NCBI GenBank assembly: GCA_963740355.1
Contig: CAVUDW010000003.1
Span: forward strand, 832,001-896,000
Reading direction: 5' to 3'
DNA from: an uncultured Gemmatimonadaceae bacterium
Lineage (GTDB): Bacteria; Gemmatimonadota; Gemmatimonadetes; Gemmatimonadales; Gemmatimonadaceae
DNA: 64,000 nt
Position 1 is the first letter of the stretch. Each line of letters opens with the position of its first letter. The translations under genes and the position numbers were made by a program. The notes below the pieces were generated by a model. That model saw only the letters and a list, made by a program, of their open reading frames with translations. It did no database searches and was not told the origin of the DNA. Shown here piece after piece: positions 1 to 9,235 of this stretch.

Positions 1-1093
1 GCGCTCGGCCGGCGTGATCGAGGACGTGGTCGACTCGCTGGTGAAGGGGGTGAAGACGGTCTACACCTTGGCCGACTTTGCGGCGGCAGATTTTGCGATC
101 CAGGACTCGCTGACGCGTGGCCTGCAGTGGGAGCGCCGGTTTGCCGCCTCGCATCCGAACATCACGATCCGCGATGCCCACCCATACGTCTACCAGATCC
201 GCGCGAAGAAGACGGAAGCCGAGCTGGCGCTGATCAGGAAGGCAGCCGAGATCAGCTCGGAAGGGCATCGCGCGGCGATGCGCCTCGCCGAGCCGACGAA
301 GGAGTACGAACTGCAGGCGGCGATCGAGTACGAGTTCATGCGACGCGGTGGCGCCCGTCCGTCGTATGGATCGATCGTGGGCGGAGGGATTCGCGGCACG
401 CAGCTGCACTACATGCGGAATCGTGGCGATATCAAGCCGGGCGACATGGTCGTGATCGATGCAGCGACAGAGTACGAAGGCTACGCGGCCGACGTCACGC
501 GCTCGATCCCTGTGAGCGGCACGTATTCGCCCGATCAGCGGCTCATGTACCAGCTGGTGCTTGACGCGCAGCTGGCAGCAGAGCGGAATTCGAAGGTCGG
601 CATGTCATCGATCGCCGCCCAGGATTCGTCGGAAGATGTGCGCGCCCGCGGCCTGGCCAAGCTGGGCCTGATCGAGGATGTGAATGCGACACTCGACATG
701 CCCTGGCGCACCGACTGTACCAACTCGCCGCGCACCTGCCGTCAGTCGATGTTCTGGATGATCCACGGCATCAGTCACGGTATCGGCCTCGCGGTGCACG
801 ACCCGGCGCAGTTCTACACCGGCAATCGCACGTTTCAGGTGGGTGATGCGTTCACGATCGAACCGGGCATCTACATCAGCACCGCGATGCTCGATGCCCT
901 CCCGGACACACCGAAGAACCGCCAGTTCATCGCGAAAGTCCGCGCCGCCGTCCTCCGTTTCCAGAACACCGGCGTGCGCATCGAGGACGACTACGTCGTG
1001 ACCAAGGACGGCACCGTTCGCATCAGCAACGCACCGCGTGAAATCGAGGAAATCGAGTCCCTGATGCGCAATCGTTCGCGGCCAGTTCCCTGA
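1..1093 (+). CDS. pepP: Xaa-Pro aminopeptidase (M24B), 5' end probably outside the window
   Basis: Pita-bread fold metal ligands: IDAATEYEGYAADVTRS, HGISHGIGLAVHD, TIEPGIY, GVRIEDD; reading frame open back to the window edge. Confidence 0.9.
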   Translation, partial: RSAGVIEDVVDSLVKGVKTVYTLADFAAADFAIQDSLTRGLQWERRFAASHPNITIRDAHPYVYQIRAKKTEAELALIRKAAEISSEGHRAAMRLAEPTKEYELQAAIEYEFMRRGGARPSYGSIVGGGIRGTQLHYMRNRGDIKPGDMVVIDAATEYEGYAADVTRSIPVSGTYSPDQRLMYQLVLDAQLAAERNSKVGMSSIAAQDSSEDVRARGLAKLGLIEDVNATLDMPWRTDCTNSPRTCRQSMFWMIHGISHGIGLAVHDPAQFYTGNRTFQVGDAFTIEPGIYISTAMLDALPDTPKNRQFIAKVRAAVLRFQNTGVRIEDDYVVTKDGTVRISNAPREIEEIESLMRNRSRPVP

Positions 1094-1106
1094 CCGGCTC
1101 ACGATC

Positions 1107-1326
1107 AACTGCTTCAACGCAAAACAGAAAACAGCGGTACGGCAACAGCCGCGGGGAACTGCAAAGGCCGCAAAACAGCGACTGATGGATGGCTATCAGA
1201 AGCGGTACAAAATCTGTCGTCGTAGTTTTTGCGGCTGTCCCGTTTTGCGGCCTTTTTGCGGCAGTTGTCGTTCCCTGCGGCTCGTGCTGTATCCCTCTAG
1301 CTGTTTTGCGTCAAGCAGTTGCAGTT
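1107..1326. repeat. Long imperfect palindromic intergenic element (REP/MITE-like), copy A
   Basis: AACTGCTTCAACGCAAAACAG (1107-1127) pairs with CTGTTTTGCGTCAAGCAGTT (1301-1320); inner arms AAAGGCCGCAAAAC / GTTTTGCGGCCTTT; lies between convergent genes; related to 22743-23026. Confidence 0.7.
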
Positions 1327-1342
1327 CGCCGCACCATGTGAT

Positions 1343-2014
1343 TCATGACGTACGCCGAGCGAGAATGATTGCGTTGAAGCCGCCGGAGGTGGCGTGGGAG
1401 CGGGCCTTGTGCACGCTGACGCTGAGGCCTTCGCGCTTGAGGGCTTTCACGAACGCGGGCTCGGAGTCGACTGACCAGTACGCAAGGCAGCCGCCCGGGC
1501 GCAGGGCGGCGATGGCGGCCCGGATGCCCTTCTCGCCGTACAGCTTCTTGTTGCTGCCGGTGGTGAACGACTCGGCGCCGTTGTCGACGTCGAGCAGGAT
1601 CGCATCGAAGCCACCGACATTGGTACGAAGCAGGTTCGCGACGTCATCATGCTTGACCGTCACGCGCGGGTCGCGCATCGCCTCACCGGCCAGCGGCCAT
1701 TCCGGATTGAGATTCCAGTCGATCACCTCGCGCAGGATCTCGGCCACCACAACGCGGGCGTCGGATGCAAGGTGAGAGAGCGCGGCCCTGAGCGTGAAGC
1801 CAAATCCAAGACCACCGATCAGGACCGATGCGTCGGCGCGCGCCTTCAGTGGCGCACACGCCAGCTGCGCCAGCAGTTCTTCCGAGTGCACGCGTCGCGT
1901 CGACATCAGCTCGACGCCGTCCACCACCATCAGGTAGGCGCCGTCGTGGCGGTAAAGCGTCAGCACCGATCCATCGGGCGCTGACGCCGTCCCGAGCCGC
2001 TCCGTGGGCTTCAA
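1343..2014 (-). CDS. Spermidine-synthase-like SAM-dependent methyltransferase
   Basis: VLIGGLGFGFT SAM-binding motif, FDAILLDVDNG, LRPGG; TTG start. Confidence 0.8.
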   Translation of the reverse strand: MKPTERLGTASAPDGSVLTLYRHDGAYLMVVDGVELMSTRRVHSEELLAQLACAPLKARADASVLIGGLGFGFTLRAALSHLASDARVVVAEILREVIDWNLNPEWPLAGEAMRDPRVTVKHDDVANLLRTNVGGFDAILLDVDNGAESFTTGSNKKLYGEKGIRAAIAALRPGGCLAYWSVDSEPAFVKALKREGLSVSVHKARSHATSGGFNAIILARRTS

Positions 2015-2033
2015 ACCGCCACCCGAATCTCTG

Positions 2034-3509
2034 TCACTTCAACTGATCGAGATGCTGCAGCAACTGCTCGAAGAAGGTGACAGCTGTCGCATACCCCTTC
2101 ACGGACATCCGCTCGTTCACACCGTGGATCCGGGTCACATCTCCTTCCTGGAGCGGGACCGCGAGGAACCGGAACACGTTCGACGAATGTGGGCCCCAAT
2201 ACTTCGCATCTGTGCCACCGCCCACGAGATACGGCAACACAGGCACCGACTGTCCAGGAACCATGCCACGCACCGTCGACGCAATCAGCTTGAAGGCTGA
2301 CGAGTTCGGGTCGGAGACCTGCGACGGATCAGTGCGGGCACTGTCGGTCGGTTCGACGGTGATCATCGTGTCCGCGATCACACTCTTCACGCGGGCGATC
2401 ACCGTTTCCTGCGTCTCTCCCGGCCGGATGCGGAAGTTCACGACCGCGGTCGCTTCCGGCGGCAGCACGTTGTCCTTGACGCCGGCCGTGAGCATCGTCG
2501 GCGACGTGGTCGTGTGCAGCATCGCAGCGCTCGTAGGCACTTTCGCCATCGCGCTGGTCACCAGCGGCGCAGTGAGCCAGAGATTCGCCAGCACCATCTT
2601 CCGCGTGAACGGCGAATACGGCGCCATCGCCTCCAGCATGCCACGCGTGGGTCCGTCGAGCGAAGACGGAAACGGATTCGCCTCCAGCGCTGCGATCGCG
2701 CGACTCAGTGCACCAACCGCCGTGCGCGCTGTGGGCATGGAGGAGTGGCCACCCTGCGCGTGCGCCTTCAGCCGCAGCGAGAGATAGCCCTTCTCGGCGA
2801 TGCCGACCACCGCCGCCAGTCCCTTCACGCCGGGGATCGCGCCGGTCGCCATCACGCCACCCTCGTCGATAACCAATGCCGGCTTCACACCGCGCGCCAC
2901 CAACGTGTCGACCATCGCACGCGCGCCGAACCGACCGCCAACTTCTTCGTCATGCCCGAAGGTGAGATACACGGTCCGCGACGGTTTTTCACCGCGGGAC
3001 AACATGTCCTCGACCGCTTCCAGCACTGCCAGCACCGTGACCTTGTCGTCCATCGTGCCGCGGCCCCAGACGTAGCCATCGGCTACATCGCCAGAGAACG
3101 GGCCGTGTGTCCATTCCTTGAGGTTCGATTCGGGCACAGGGACCACGTCCATGTGGCCCATCAACACCACAGGCGCCAACGTCGAATCGCTTCCGGTCCA
3201 CGTGTACAACAGGCTCAGGCCCGCCACCTTTTCCAGTTTGAGCGTGGCGTGAACCTTCGGGAACGACGTCGCGAGGAAATCATGAAAACCGCGGAATGCT
3301 GCGCTATCGATCGGGCCGCCGGACGCCGTCGATACGGTGGCGAACTTCACCGCACCGGAAAGTCGCTGCGCCGCCGTCGCCTCGTTAATCACCACCATCT
3401 TCGTGGCGACTGCCGGTGACGCCGGCGCAGGGAGCATCGCCGCGCGGGCCGCCATCACACCCAGCAGACCGAGCACCAGCACCACCACTCCCAGGAACAG
3501 GCGCTTCAT
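2034..3509 (-). CDS. M20 family peptidase (carboxypeptidase S / PM20D1-like) with N-terminal hydrophobic anchor
   Basis: GHMDVVP, WGRGTMDDK, GHDEEVGG, GGGTDA, IHGVNER motifs. Confidence 0.9.
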   Translation of the reverse strand: MKRLFLGVVVLVLGLLGVMAARAAMLPAPASPAVATKMVVINEATAAQRLSGAVKFATVSTASGGPIDSAAFRGFHDFLATSFPKVHATLKLEKVAGLSLLYTWTGSDSTLAPVVLMGHMDVVPVPESNLKEWTHGPFSGDVADGYVWGRGTMDDKVTVLAVLEAVEDMLSRGEKPSRTVYLTFGHDEEVGGRFGARAMVDTLVARGVKPALVIDEGGVMATGAIPGVKGLAAVVGIAEKGYLSLRLKAHAQGGHSSMPTARTAVGALSRAIAALEANPFPSSLDGPTRGMLEAMAPYSPFTRKMVLANLWLTAPLVTSAMAKVPTSAAMLHTTTSPTMLTAGVKDNVLPPEATAVVNFRIRPGETQETVIARVKSVIADTMITVEPTDSARTDPSQVSDPNSSAFKLIASTVRGMVPGQSVPVLPYLVGGGTDAKYWGPHSSNVFRFLAVPLQEGDVTRIHGVNERMSVKGYATAVTFFEQLLQHLDQLK

Positions 3510-4927
3510 GACAGTCTCCCGACCACGTCGTGAATTGCAGCCGCAAGATCCTCCACCAGCGCGTCGATCTGCGGGGCGTGCGTTCGGAAGCTAAGCACGC
3601 AGACTCGACCGATGTATCGACCACCTGCGACCGCACCACTCACCATCACCCGGCCGCGCTTCGATGTTTCGTCCATCACGGCACGCGTCGCCTCGTTCTC
3701 CTGCTCCAGCGTGGCGCCGGGCCAGGTGACATGAAACGGGAAGAGCGACAACTCAGGCGGTGCATCCATCACCACGTGCGGCAGTTGCGCTACGCGCGCA
3801 GCGGCATCGACGGCCAGCGAGCGCTTTTCGGCGATTGCAGCGCGAAAGGCGTCAGCGCCGAAGAGCTTGATCGTGAGCCACATCCGCAGCCCCGGGAAGC
3901 CGCGCGACAGGTCTGGCGAATGCTGGCTCGGATCGTAGAACTCGGCCGGGCTGGGCATCTCCGGCAGGTAGTCCGCCGTCGCCTCGTGCGCCGCACGCAA
4001 GCGCGCACCATCGCGCACCAGCAGCGCGCCGGTGCCGTATGGCAGGAACATGCCCTTGTGCGGATCGAGCGTCAGCGAATCGGCTCGCTCGATGCCACGC
4101 AAGACAGGGCGCGTCTCCTCGCACAGCTGGAAGAACGCGCCATACGCGCCGTCCACGTGAAACCAGAGCTTCTCCGTGGCGCAGATGTCTGCCATCGCGT
4201 CCAGCGCATCAACGGCACCGGTGTTCGTGGTTCCGGCATTTCCGACCACCATGAATGGCGTCAGGCCATCATGTCGATCCTGCTCGATCGACGACTGCAA
4301 CAGGTCCAGCCGGATGTGGTATCGCTCGTCGCATGGGATCGAGCGCACGCGATCAGGCATGATGCCAGCAAGCTTGGCCGCCTTGATCACGCAATGGTGC
4401 GCCTGATCGGACGTGTACAGCACGCCACGACGAATCTCGGCGCCAAGGTATTGCTCGCGCGCGCACAGTACGGCGTTGAACGTCGCCATCGAACCGCCGG
4501 TGGTGAACACCCCCGTCGTCCCGACGGGCAGGCGCATCCACTCGCGCAGCCACTCCAGTGCATTGGCTTCGAGCTGCACCAGTGCCGGGGCGGCCTGCCA
4601 GATCCCTGTGTAGCGATTCGTGGTGTCGGCGATGAAATCAGCGAGGGCCGCCGTATAGAGCCCGCCGCCGGGGATGTATGCGAGGTAGCCGGGTGACGGG
4701 GTGTTGAACGACTGCGGGATGTACTGCGTGAACAGGTCGTCCAGCAGCGACGAGAGTGGCGTGGGCGCCGTCGGCGACGGTTCGCGCATGCGCAGGCAGA
4801 GTTCTTCTGCGTCATGGACGCCGTACAACGGCTGCTGCGGCAGGGAGATGATGTGGTCCACGCAGCGCGCCACGACCTGATCGGCCATGGCGCGCATGTC
4901 GTGCGCCGAGAATTCGAGATCGATGAT
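3506..4927 (-). CDS. PLP-dependent group II amino-acid decarboxylase (aromatic/glutamate type); start uncertain (4927 ATC or 4897 ATG)
   Basis: TTGGSMA, AGTTNTGAVD, FHVDGAYG, LDPHK (PLP lysine); stop overlaps the M20 start (ATGA). Confidence 0.88.
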   Translation of the reverse strand: MIDLEFSAHDMRAMADQVVARCVDHIISLPQQPLYGVHDAEELCLRMREPSPTAPTPLSSLLDDLFTQYIPQSFNTPSPGYLAYIPGGGLYTAALADFIADTTNRYTGIWQAAPALVQLEANALEWLREWMRLPVGTTGVFTTGGSMATFNAVLCAREQYLGAEIRRGVLYTSDQAHHCVIKAAKLAGIMPDRVRSIPCDERYHIRLDLLQSSIEQDRHDGLTPFMVVGNAGTTNTGAVDALDAMADICATEKLWFHVDGAYGAFFQLCEETRPVLRGIERADSLTLDPHKGMFLPYGTGALLVRDGARLRAAHEATADYLPEMPSPAEFYDPSQHSPDLSRGFPGLRMWLTIKLFGADAFRAAIAEKRSLAVDAAARVAQLPHVVMDAPPELSLFPFHVTWPGATLEQENEATRAVMDETSKRGRVMVSGAVAGGRYIGRVCVLSFRTHAPQIDALVEDLAAAIHDVVGRLS

Positions 4928-5103
4928 AACGGCTCCGGGCAGGGGGCAGCGATCGCGGGCCGCGGCGACGCTGCTGCAATATCGCGCACGTGCCGCTGAA
5001 TATCCGATCCAGCGTCTCTCCCGCCTCAGACCACGGCTCGCCGCAGCCACGCCAAGCGAGGAGGTAGGTTGCCCTCCGCGCGCCGTGGCGCCTTCTTCCC
5101 GCG

Positions 5104-7029
5104 ATGCGCGAACTCACACTGCGATCGGTCATCCTCGGCGGGCTTCTGACGCTGCTCTTCACCGCCGCCAACGTCTATCTCGGCCTGAAGGTCGGGCTGA
5201 CCTTCGCCACCTCGATCCCGGCCGCGGTCATCTCGATGGCCATCCTGCGACTGCTGCCGGGCGGCACGATCCTCGAGAACAACATCGTGCAGACTATCGC
5301 CTCGGCGGCGGGCACCTTGTCGGCGATCATCTTCGTCCTCCCGGGCCTCGTGATCCTTGGCTACTGGCAGGGCTTCCCCTTCGTGACGACGGCCGCCGTC
5401 TGCGCGACGGGCGGGATCCTGGGCGTGATGTTCTCCGTGCCGTTGCGGCGGGCGCTGGTGACCGGGTCGGACCTGCCCTATCCGGAGGGAATGGCTGCGG
5501 CCGAAGTGCTGCGCGTCGGGTCGGCGGACGCCAGCGGTGCGGAGGAGAACCGAAAAGGGTTGCGCATCATCATTCTCTCATCGCTTGCGTCGGCCGGCGT
5601 GTCGCTGCTGATCGCGATGAAGCTGATGGTGGGCGAGATCAGCAAGTATCTTCGTGTGGGTACCGGTGCGACAGGCGCCGCCACCTCGCTCAGCTTCGCA
5701 CTGCTGGGCGTCGGCCATCTGGTCGGATTGTCGGTGGGCCTCGCGATGCTGACCGGCATCGTGATCACGTGGGTCGGCCTGGTGCCGTACTTCAGCGCCG
5801 GCGCGCCGGGGGCGGACGCTGTCGCGATTGCGAGTGGCGTGTTCCGGGCCAAGGCCCGGTTCATCGGCGCCGGCACCATCGGTGTGGCCGCCATCTGGAC
5901 CTTGCTCAAGATCATCGGCCCGATCATCGCCGGCATTCGTTCAGCGCTGGTGGCCTCGGCCGCGCGCGGCAGTGGCGAGCGCTTGCCGTTGTCGGAGCGT
6001 GACCTCCCCATCAAGCAAGTGGCTGCCGTCATCGTCGCGACGATGGTTCCGATCGCATTTCTTCTCTGGCAATTCATTGCCGACGGCCCGCTGGCCGCGC
6101 ACGCCGGTGTGCTCATCAGCATCACTGTCGTCTACATCCTGCTCGCGGGCATCGTGATCGCATCCGTATGCGGCTACATGGCTGGATTGATTGGTGCATC
6201 GAACAGTCCCATCTCCGGGGTCGGCATCCTGGCGGTCGTGGGCGTGTCGTTGATGATGATCGCGTTCCTCGGTCGCAGCGAGGTGCCGTCGGTGACGGAG
6301 GCGATGGTGGCGTATGCGTTGTTCGCGACGGCGATCGTCTTCGGGATTGCGACGATCTCGAATGACAACCTGCAGGACTTGAAGACAGGGCAGATCGTCG
6401 GTGCGACGCCGTGGCGCCAGCAGGTGGCGCTGGTGATCGGGGTGGTCTTCGGCAGCCTGGCGATTCCCGGCGTGCTGGACCTGCTCAACAACGCCTTCGG
6501 GTTTGCCGGGGCGGTTGGTGCACGCGAGCAGGCACTGGCGGCCCCGCAGGCGCTGCTGATTTCGGCGCTGGCGAAGGGTGTGCTCGGTGGTGATCTCGAG
6601 TGGCCGCTGCTCGGACTCGGCGCCGTGATCGGCGTGGTTGTCGTGCTGGTGGACGAGTTGCTCGGTCGCGCGGGCAAGCTGCGGTTACCGCCCCTCGGCG
6701 TTGGCATGGGCGTGTATCTCCCCATGTCGCTGACGGCGCTGATCGTGGTCGGCGCGGTGCTGGGGACGCGGTATGAGGCGTGGGCCGACCGGCAGCGCGA
6801 TCCCGAGACGGCGCGGCGCTTCGGCGTCCTGGCTGCCACCGGCTTGATCGTCGGGGAGAGCCTCTTTGGCGTCGCCTTCGCCGGCATCGTGGCCGCGACC
6901 GGGAGCGATTCCCCGCTGGCGGTGGTCGGCGCCGGCTTCGCGCCCGTCGCCTTGTGGGGCGGCATGGCGGCGTTCATCGGCCTGATCTGGTGGGTGTACC
7001 GGCAGACGCGGCGGGCAGCGACGAGCTGA
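5104..7029 (+). CDS. Oligopeptide transporter, OPT family
   Basis: ELTLRS...YLGLKVGLT..SIPAAVIS, ENNIVQT, LPYPEG, DNLQDLKTG; many TM helices. Confidence 0.95.
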   Translation: MRELTLRSVILGGLLTLLFTAANVYLGLKVGLTFATSIPAAVISMAILRLLPGGTILENNIVQTIASAAGTLSAIIFVLPGLVILGYWQGFPFVTTAAVCATGGILGVMFSVPLRRALVTGSDLPYPEGMAAAEVLRVGSADASGAEENRKGLRIIILSSLASAGVSLLIAMKLMVGEISKYLRVGTGATGAATSLSFALLGVGHLVGLSVGLAMLTGIVITWVGLVPYFSAGAPGADAVAIASGVFRAKARFIGAGTIGVAAIWTLLKIIGPIIAGIRSALVASAARGSGERLPLSERDLPIKQVAAVIVATMVPIAFLLWQFIADGPLAAHAGVLISITVVYILLAGIVIASVCGYMAGLIGASNSPISGVGILAVVGVSLMMIAFLGRSEVPSVTEAMVAYALFATAIVFGIATISNDNLQDLKTGQIVGATPWRQQVALVIGVVFGSLAIPGVLDLLNNAFGFAGAVGAREQALAAPQALLISALAKGVLGGDLEWPLLGLGAVIGVVVVLVDELLGRAGKLRLPPLGVGMGVYLPMSLTALIVVGAVLGTRYEAWADRQRDPETARRFGVLAATGLIVGESLFGVAFAGIVAATGSDSPLAVVGAGFAPVALWGGMAAFIGLIWWVYRQTRRAATS

Positions 7030-7411
7030 CCAGCGGTGTGCGGTGCGACGTGTGAGCGAATGAGACGCGATCGCGATCGCGGTTGCGGTTACGGGAGGGG
7101 ACGGGCGTCGATGCGGAGGCTACGGCGCGCGGCGGGCAGGCCGGATCGCGGTCTGGCGACTGGACAGGTGCTTCGGTGGGCCAATCCGCGCGGAGGTGGT
7201 GGCCTTCTCCGCGAGCCTCGGATGAAAAGCGGCGCTCTGCCGACTTCTCGCGGGGCCGTTTTGAAGCGATCTAACACAAGAAATGACGTAAGTGCTTGTG
7301 GTGGCGCGGGATGCAGCCTTTGCTAGCAGAGGGATTCGGCGCTGATCGGTGCGGTCGCGAGATGTATAGCGCTGGCGTTGCAGGGGTCGTCGCGGGCTAT
7401 ACCCTCGCCGC

Positions 7412-7511
7412 AACTACCCACGGTTGCTGCTGACCCGACGACCGGCAGATTGTAATCGAAAGCAACTTTTTCGATGCGGTCGCCGCGCACTAGAACCCTG
7501 TCTCGTTTGCC
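7412..7511 (+). other. Degenerate attC-like hairpin directly upstream of the GNAT gene
   Basis: GGTTGCTGCTG...CACTAGAACC arms, inner stems CGACCG(G)CA/TGCGGTCG and ATCGAAAG/CTTTTTCGAT, R'-like GTTTGCC (7505-7511) 8 nt before the ATG; core boxes deviate from RYYYAAC/GTTRRRY. Confidence 0.4.
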
Positions 7512-7519
7512 GCCGATCC

Positions 7520-8023
7520 ATGCCTCCTCGTGACCGTCCGCGATACACACTCGCTCCGTACGCAACCGCGGACTACGGCGCCGTACTGGAGATCTTCCAG
7601 AGCAACACGCCCGATTTCTTTGCCCCTTCGGAACTCGACGAGTTCATCGCCTTCCTGGAGGCACCGCAGAGCGAACTGGTGGTCGCGCGGTCCGCGAAGG
7701 GAGAGGTCGTCGGATTCGGCGCCGCGTATTGCCGGTCGGCCAGCGAGGGAGGCCTCGCGTGGGGCATGGTACATCGGCGCTGGCACCGGAAGGGGGTCGG
7801 CCGGCTGCTGCTCGAGGCCCGGATCGCACGACTCTGGGCGCAGGAAGTGACGCAGATCCGCGTGCACACTTCTCAACACAGTGCCGGTTTCTTTCGGCAG
7901 GCTGGCTTTGCAGCGATCACAGTGACACCGGATGGCTTTGGACCCGGCATTGATCGGGTGACGATGCTGCTCCAACGGACGGCGTCCGCGCAGCAGCACG
8001 GCACGCATGCAGGACGAGAATGA
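7520..8023 (+). CDS. GNAT family N-acetyltransferase
   Basis: Acetyl-CoA motif VHRRWHRKGVGRLLL; HTSQHSAGFFRQAGF. Confidence 0.85.
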   Translation: MPPRDRPRYTLAPYATADYGAVLEIFQSNTPDFFAPSELDEFIAFLEAPQSELVVARSAKGEVVGFGAAYCRSASEGGLAWGMVHRRWHRKGVGRLLLEARIARLWAQEVTQIRVHTSQHSAGFFRQAGFAAITVTPDGFGPGIDRVTMLLQRTASAQQHGTHAGRE

Positions 8024-8156
8024 TCGGCACATGGGCAACCCGCGTCTCCGCGACCATACTTTCACGGCGCGGCAACGCCGGGTCACGTAGCGCCGCCAAC
8101 TGCCAGCGTATTCGAGTCACGTTCGCCACCTCCCCCCGAAGGCAGGAGCCGCGCCC

Positions 8157-8615
8157 ATGTCCAAGGTCACACCGTTCCTGATGTTCAACGACCAGCTCGA
8201 AGCCGCCATCGCCTTCTACACTGCGACGTTCCCCGACTCCGAGATCCGCAATATCGCACGCACCGGAAGTGACGGCCCGGTCACATCGGCGCAATTCGTC
8301 ATCGGTGGCCAGTCCTTCATGGGCTACAACGGCGGCCCCTACTTCAGCTTCTCGGAGGGGATCTCCCTCTACGTCGACTGCGTCGACCAGCACGAGGTCG
8401 ACGAGTACTGGAACAAGCTCGTTGACGGCGCGACCAAGATGCAGTGCGGATGGATCACGGACCGGTTCGGCCTCACGTGGCAGATCGTGCCGCGACGCTT
8501 CATGGAGCTCATCAGCGACAGTAACCCGGCAAAGGTGCAAGCGGTGATGAACGCGATGATGGCCATGGAAAAACTCGACGTCGCCGCGCTCGAACAGGCC
8601 CACGCCGCGGCCTGA
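8157..8615 (+). CDS. VOC family protein (PhnB / 3-demethylubiquinone-9 3-methyltransferase-like)
   Basis: KVTPFLMF, NGGPYFSFSEGISL, CGWITDRFGLTWQIVP; AGGAG RBS. Confidence 0.92.
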   Translation: MSKVTPFLMFNDQLEAAIAFYTATFPDSEIRNIARTGSDGPVTSAQFVIGGQSFMGYNGGPYFSFSEGISLYVDCVDQHEVDEYWNKLVDGATKMQCGWITDRFGLTWQIVPRRFMELISDSNPAKVQAVMNAMMAMEKLDVAALEQAHAAA

Positions 8616-8655
8616 CGACAGCGGATCCACGAACTGCCGGATTGACTCCCCCCGA

Positions 8656-8928
8656 CGCCACAATCGCCGCCACGATCTCGGCATCGGCCACCCGTCCGTC
8701 GAACAGGTGCACCTGTCGGTTGGCATGCTTCGCGTACCGCTCGTCGTGTGTCACCATGCAGATTGTCGCACCCTTGGCGTTCAGCTGCTGCAACAGCGAC
8801 ATCACCGCCTCGCCATTTTTCGAGTCCAGATTTCCTGTTGGCTCGTCCGCCAGCAGGATGGCCGGATCACCAGCCACCGCCCGCGCCACCGCCACACGCT
8901 GCTGCTGGCCGCCAGACAGCTGCGGTGG
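8656..8928 (-). pseudogene. Orphan 3' fragment (91 codons) of an ABC ATPase, duplicate of 13560-13832
   Basis: PPQLSGGQQQRVAVARA...LLADEPTGNLD...VTHD; 86 of 91 aa identical to the intact gene, many synonymous changes; no Walker A, no start, stop codon lost. Confidence 0.9.
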
Positions 8929-8931
8929 ACA

Positions 8932-9192
8932 ATTTCGGTGACAGTGCACTCATTGCGCCGATTTGGTTCGCCCGGTGACAGTCTGGACGGATGCGGGACG
9001 GGCTCACATTCGGGCAGGGCCACCAGCTCTTTGTCATATTCTCGCCATTGGTCATCGGCGTACGGACCGTCGACGTTTCCTACCCATCCCGGCGAAGGAC
9101 CGCCCGCAAGGTGCCAGTCGCTCGAGCGGCAAAGAGCGCCGACTGTCACCGTTATGATCAGTAGGCTGCAATGAGTGCACTGTCACCGAAAT
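8932..9192. mobile_element. 261-bp non-autonomous element with nested inverted repeats (MITE/REPIN-like)
   Basis: Perfect 25-bp IR ATTTCGGTGACAGTGCACTCATTGC (8932-8956 / 9168-9192); second 11-bp IR CGGTGACAGTC (8973-8983 / 9141-9151), each 16 nt inside the outer IR. Confidence 0.7.
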
Positions 9193-9235
9193 ACGGTGTA
9201 GCCGGTGCCACTCAATCACGAACTGGAGTCTCGAA

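Noticed and set aside
7030..7410. Short ORFs or an ncRNA in the gap after the OPT gene
   Set aside because: No coding motifs, RBS or recognisable RNA family; left unassigned
8512..8949. 145-aa ORF as a functional ABC ATPase
   Set aside because: The start lies inside the inverted repeat, Walker A is missing and the tail runs antisense into the VOC gene; treated as a pseudogene fragment
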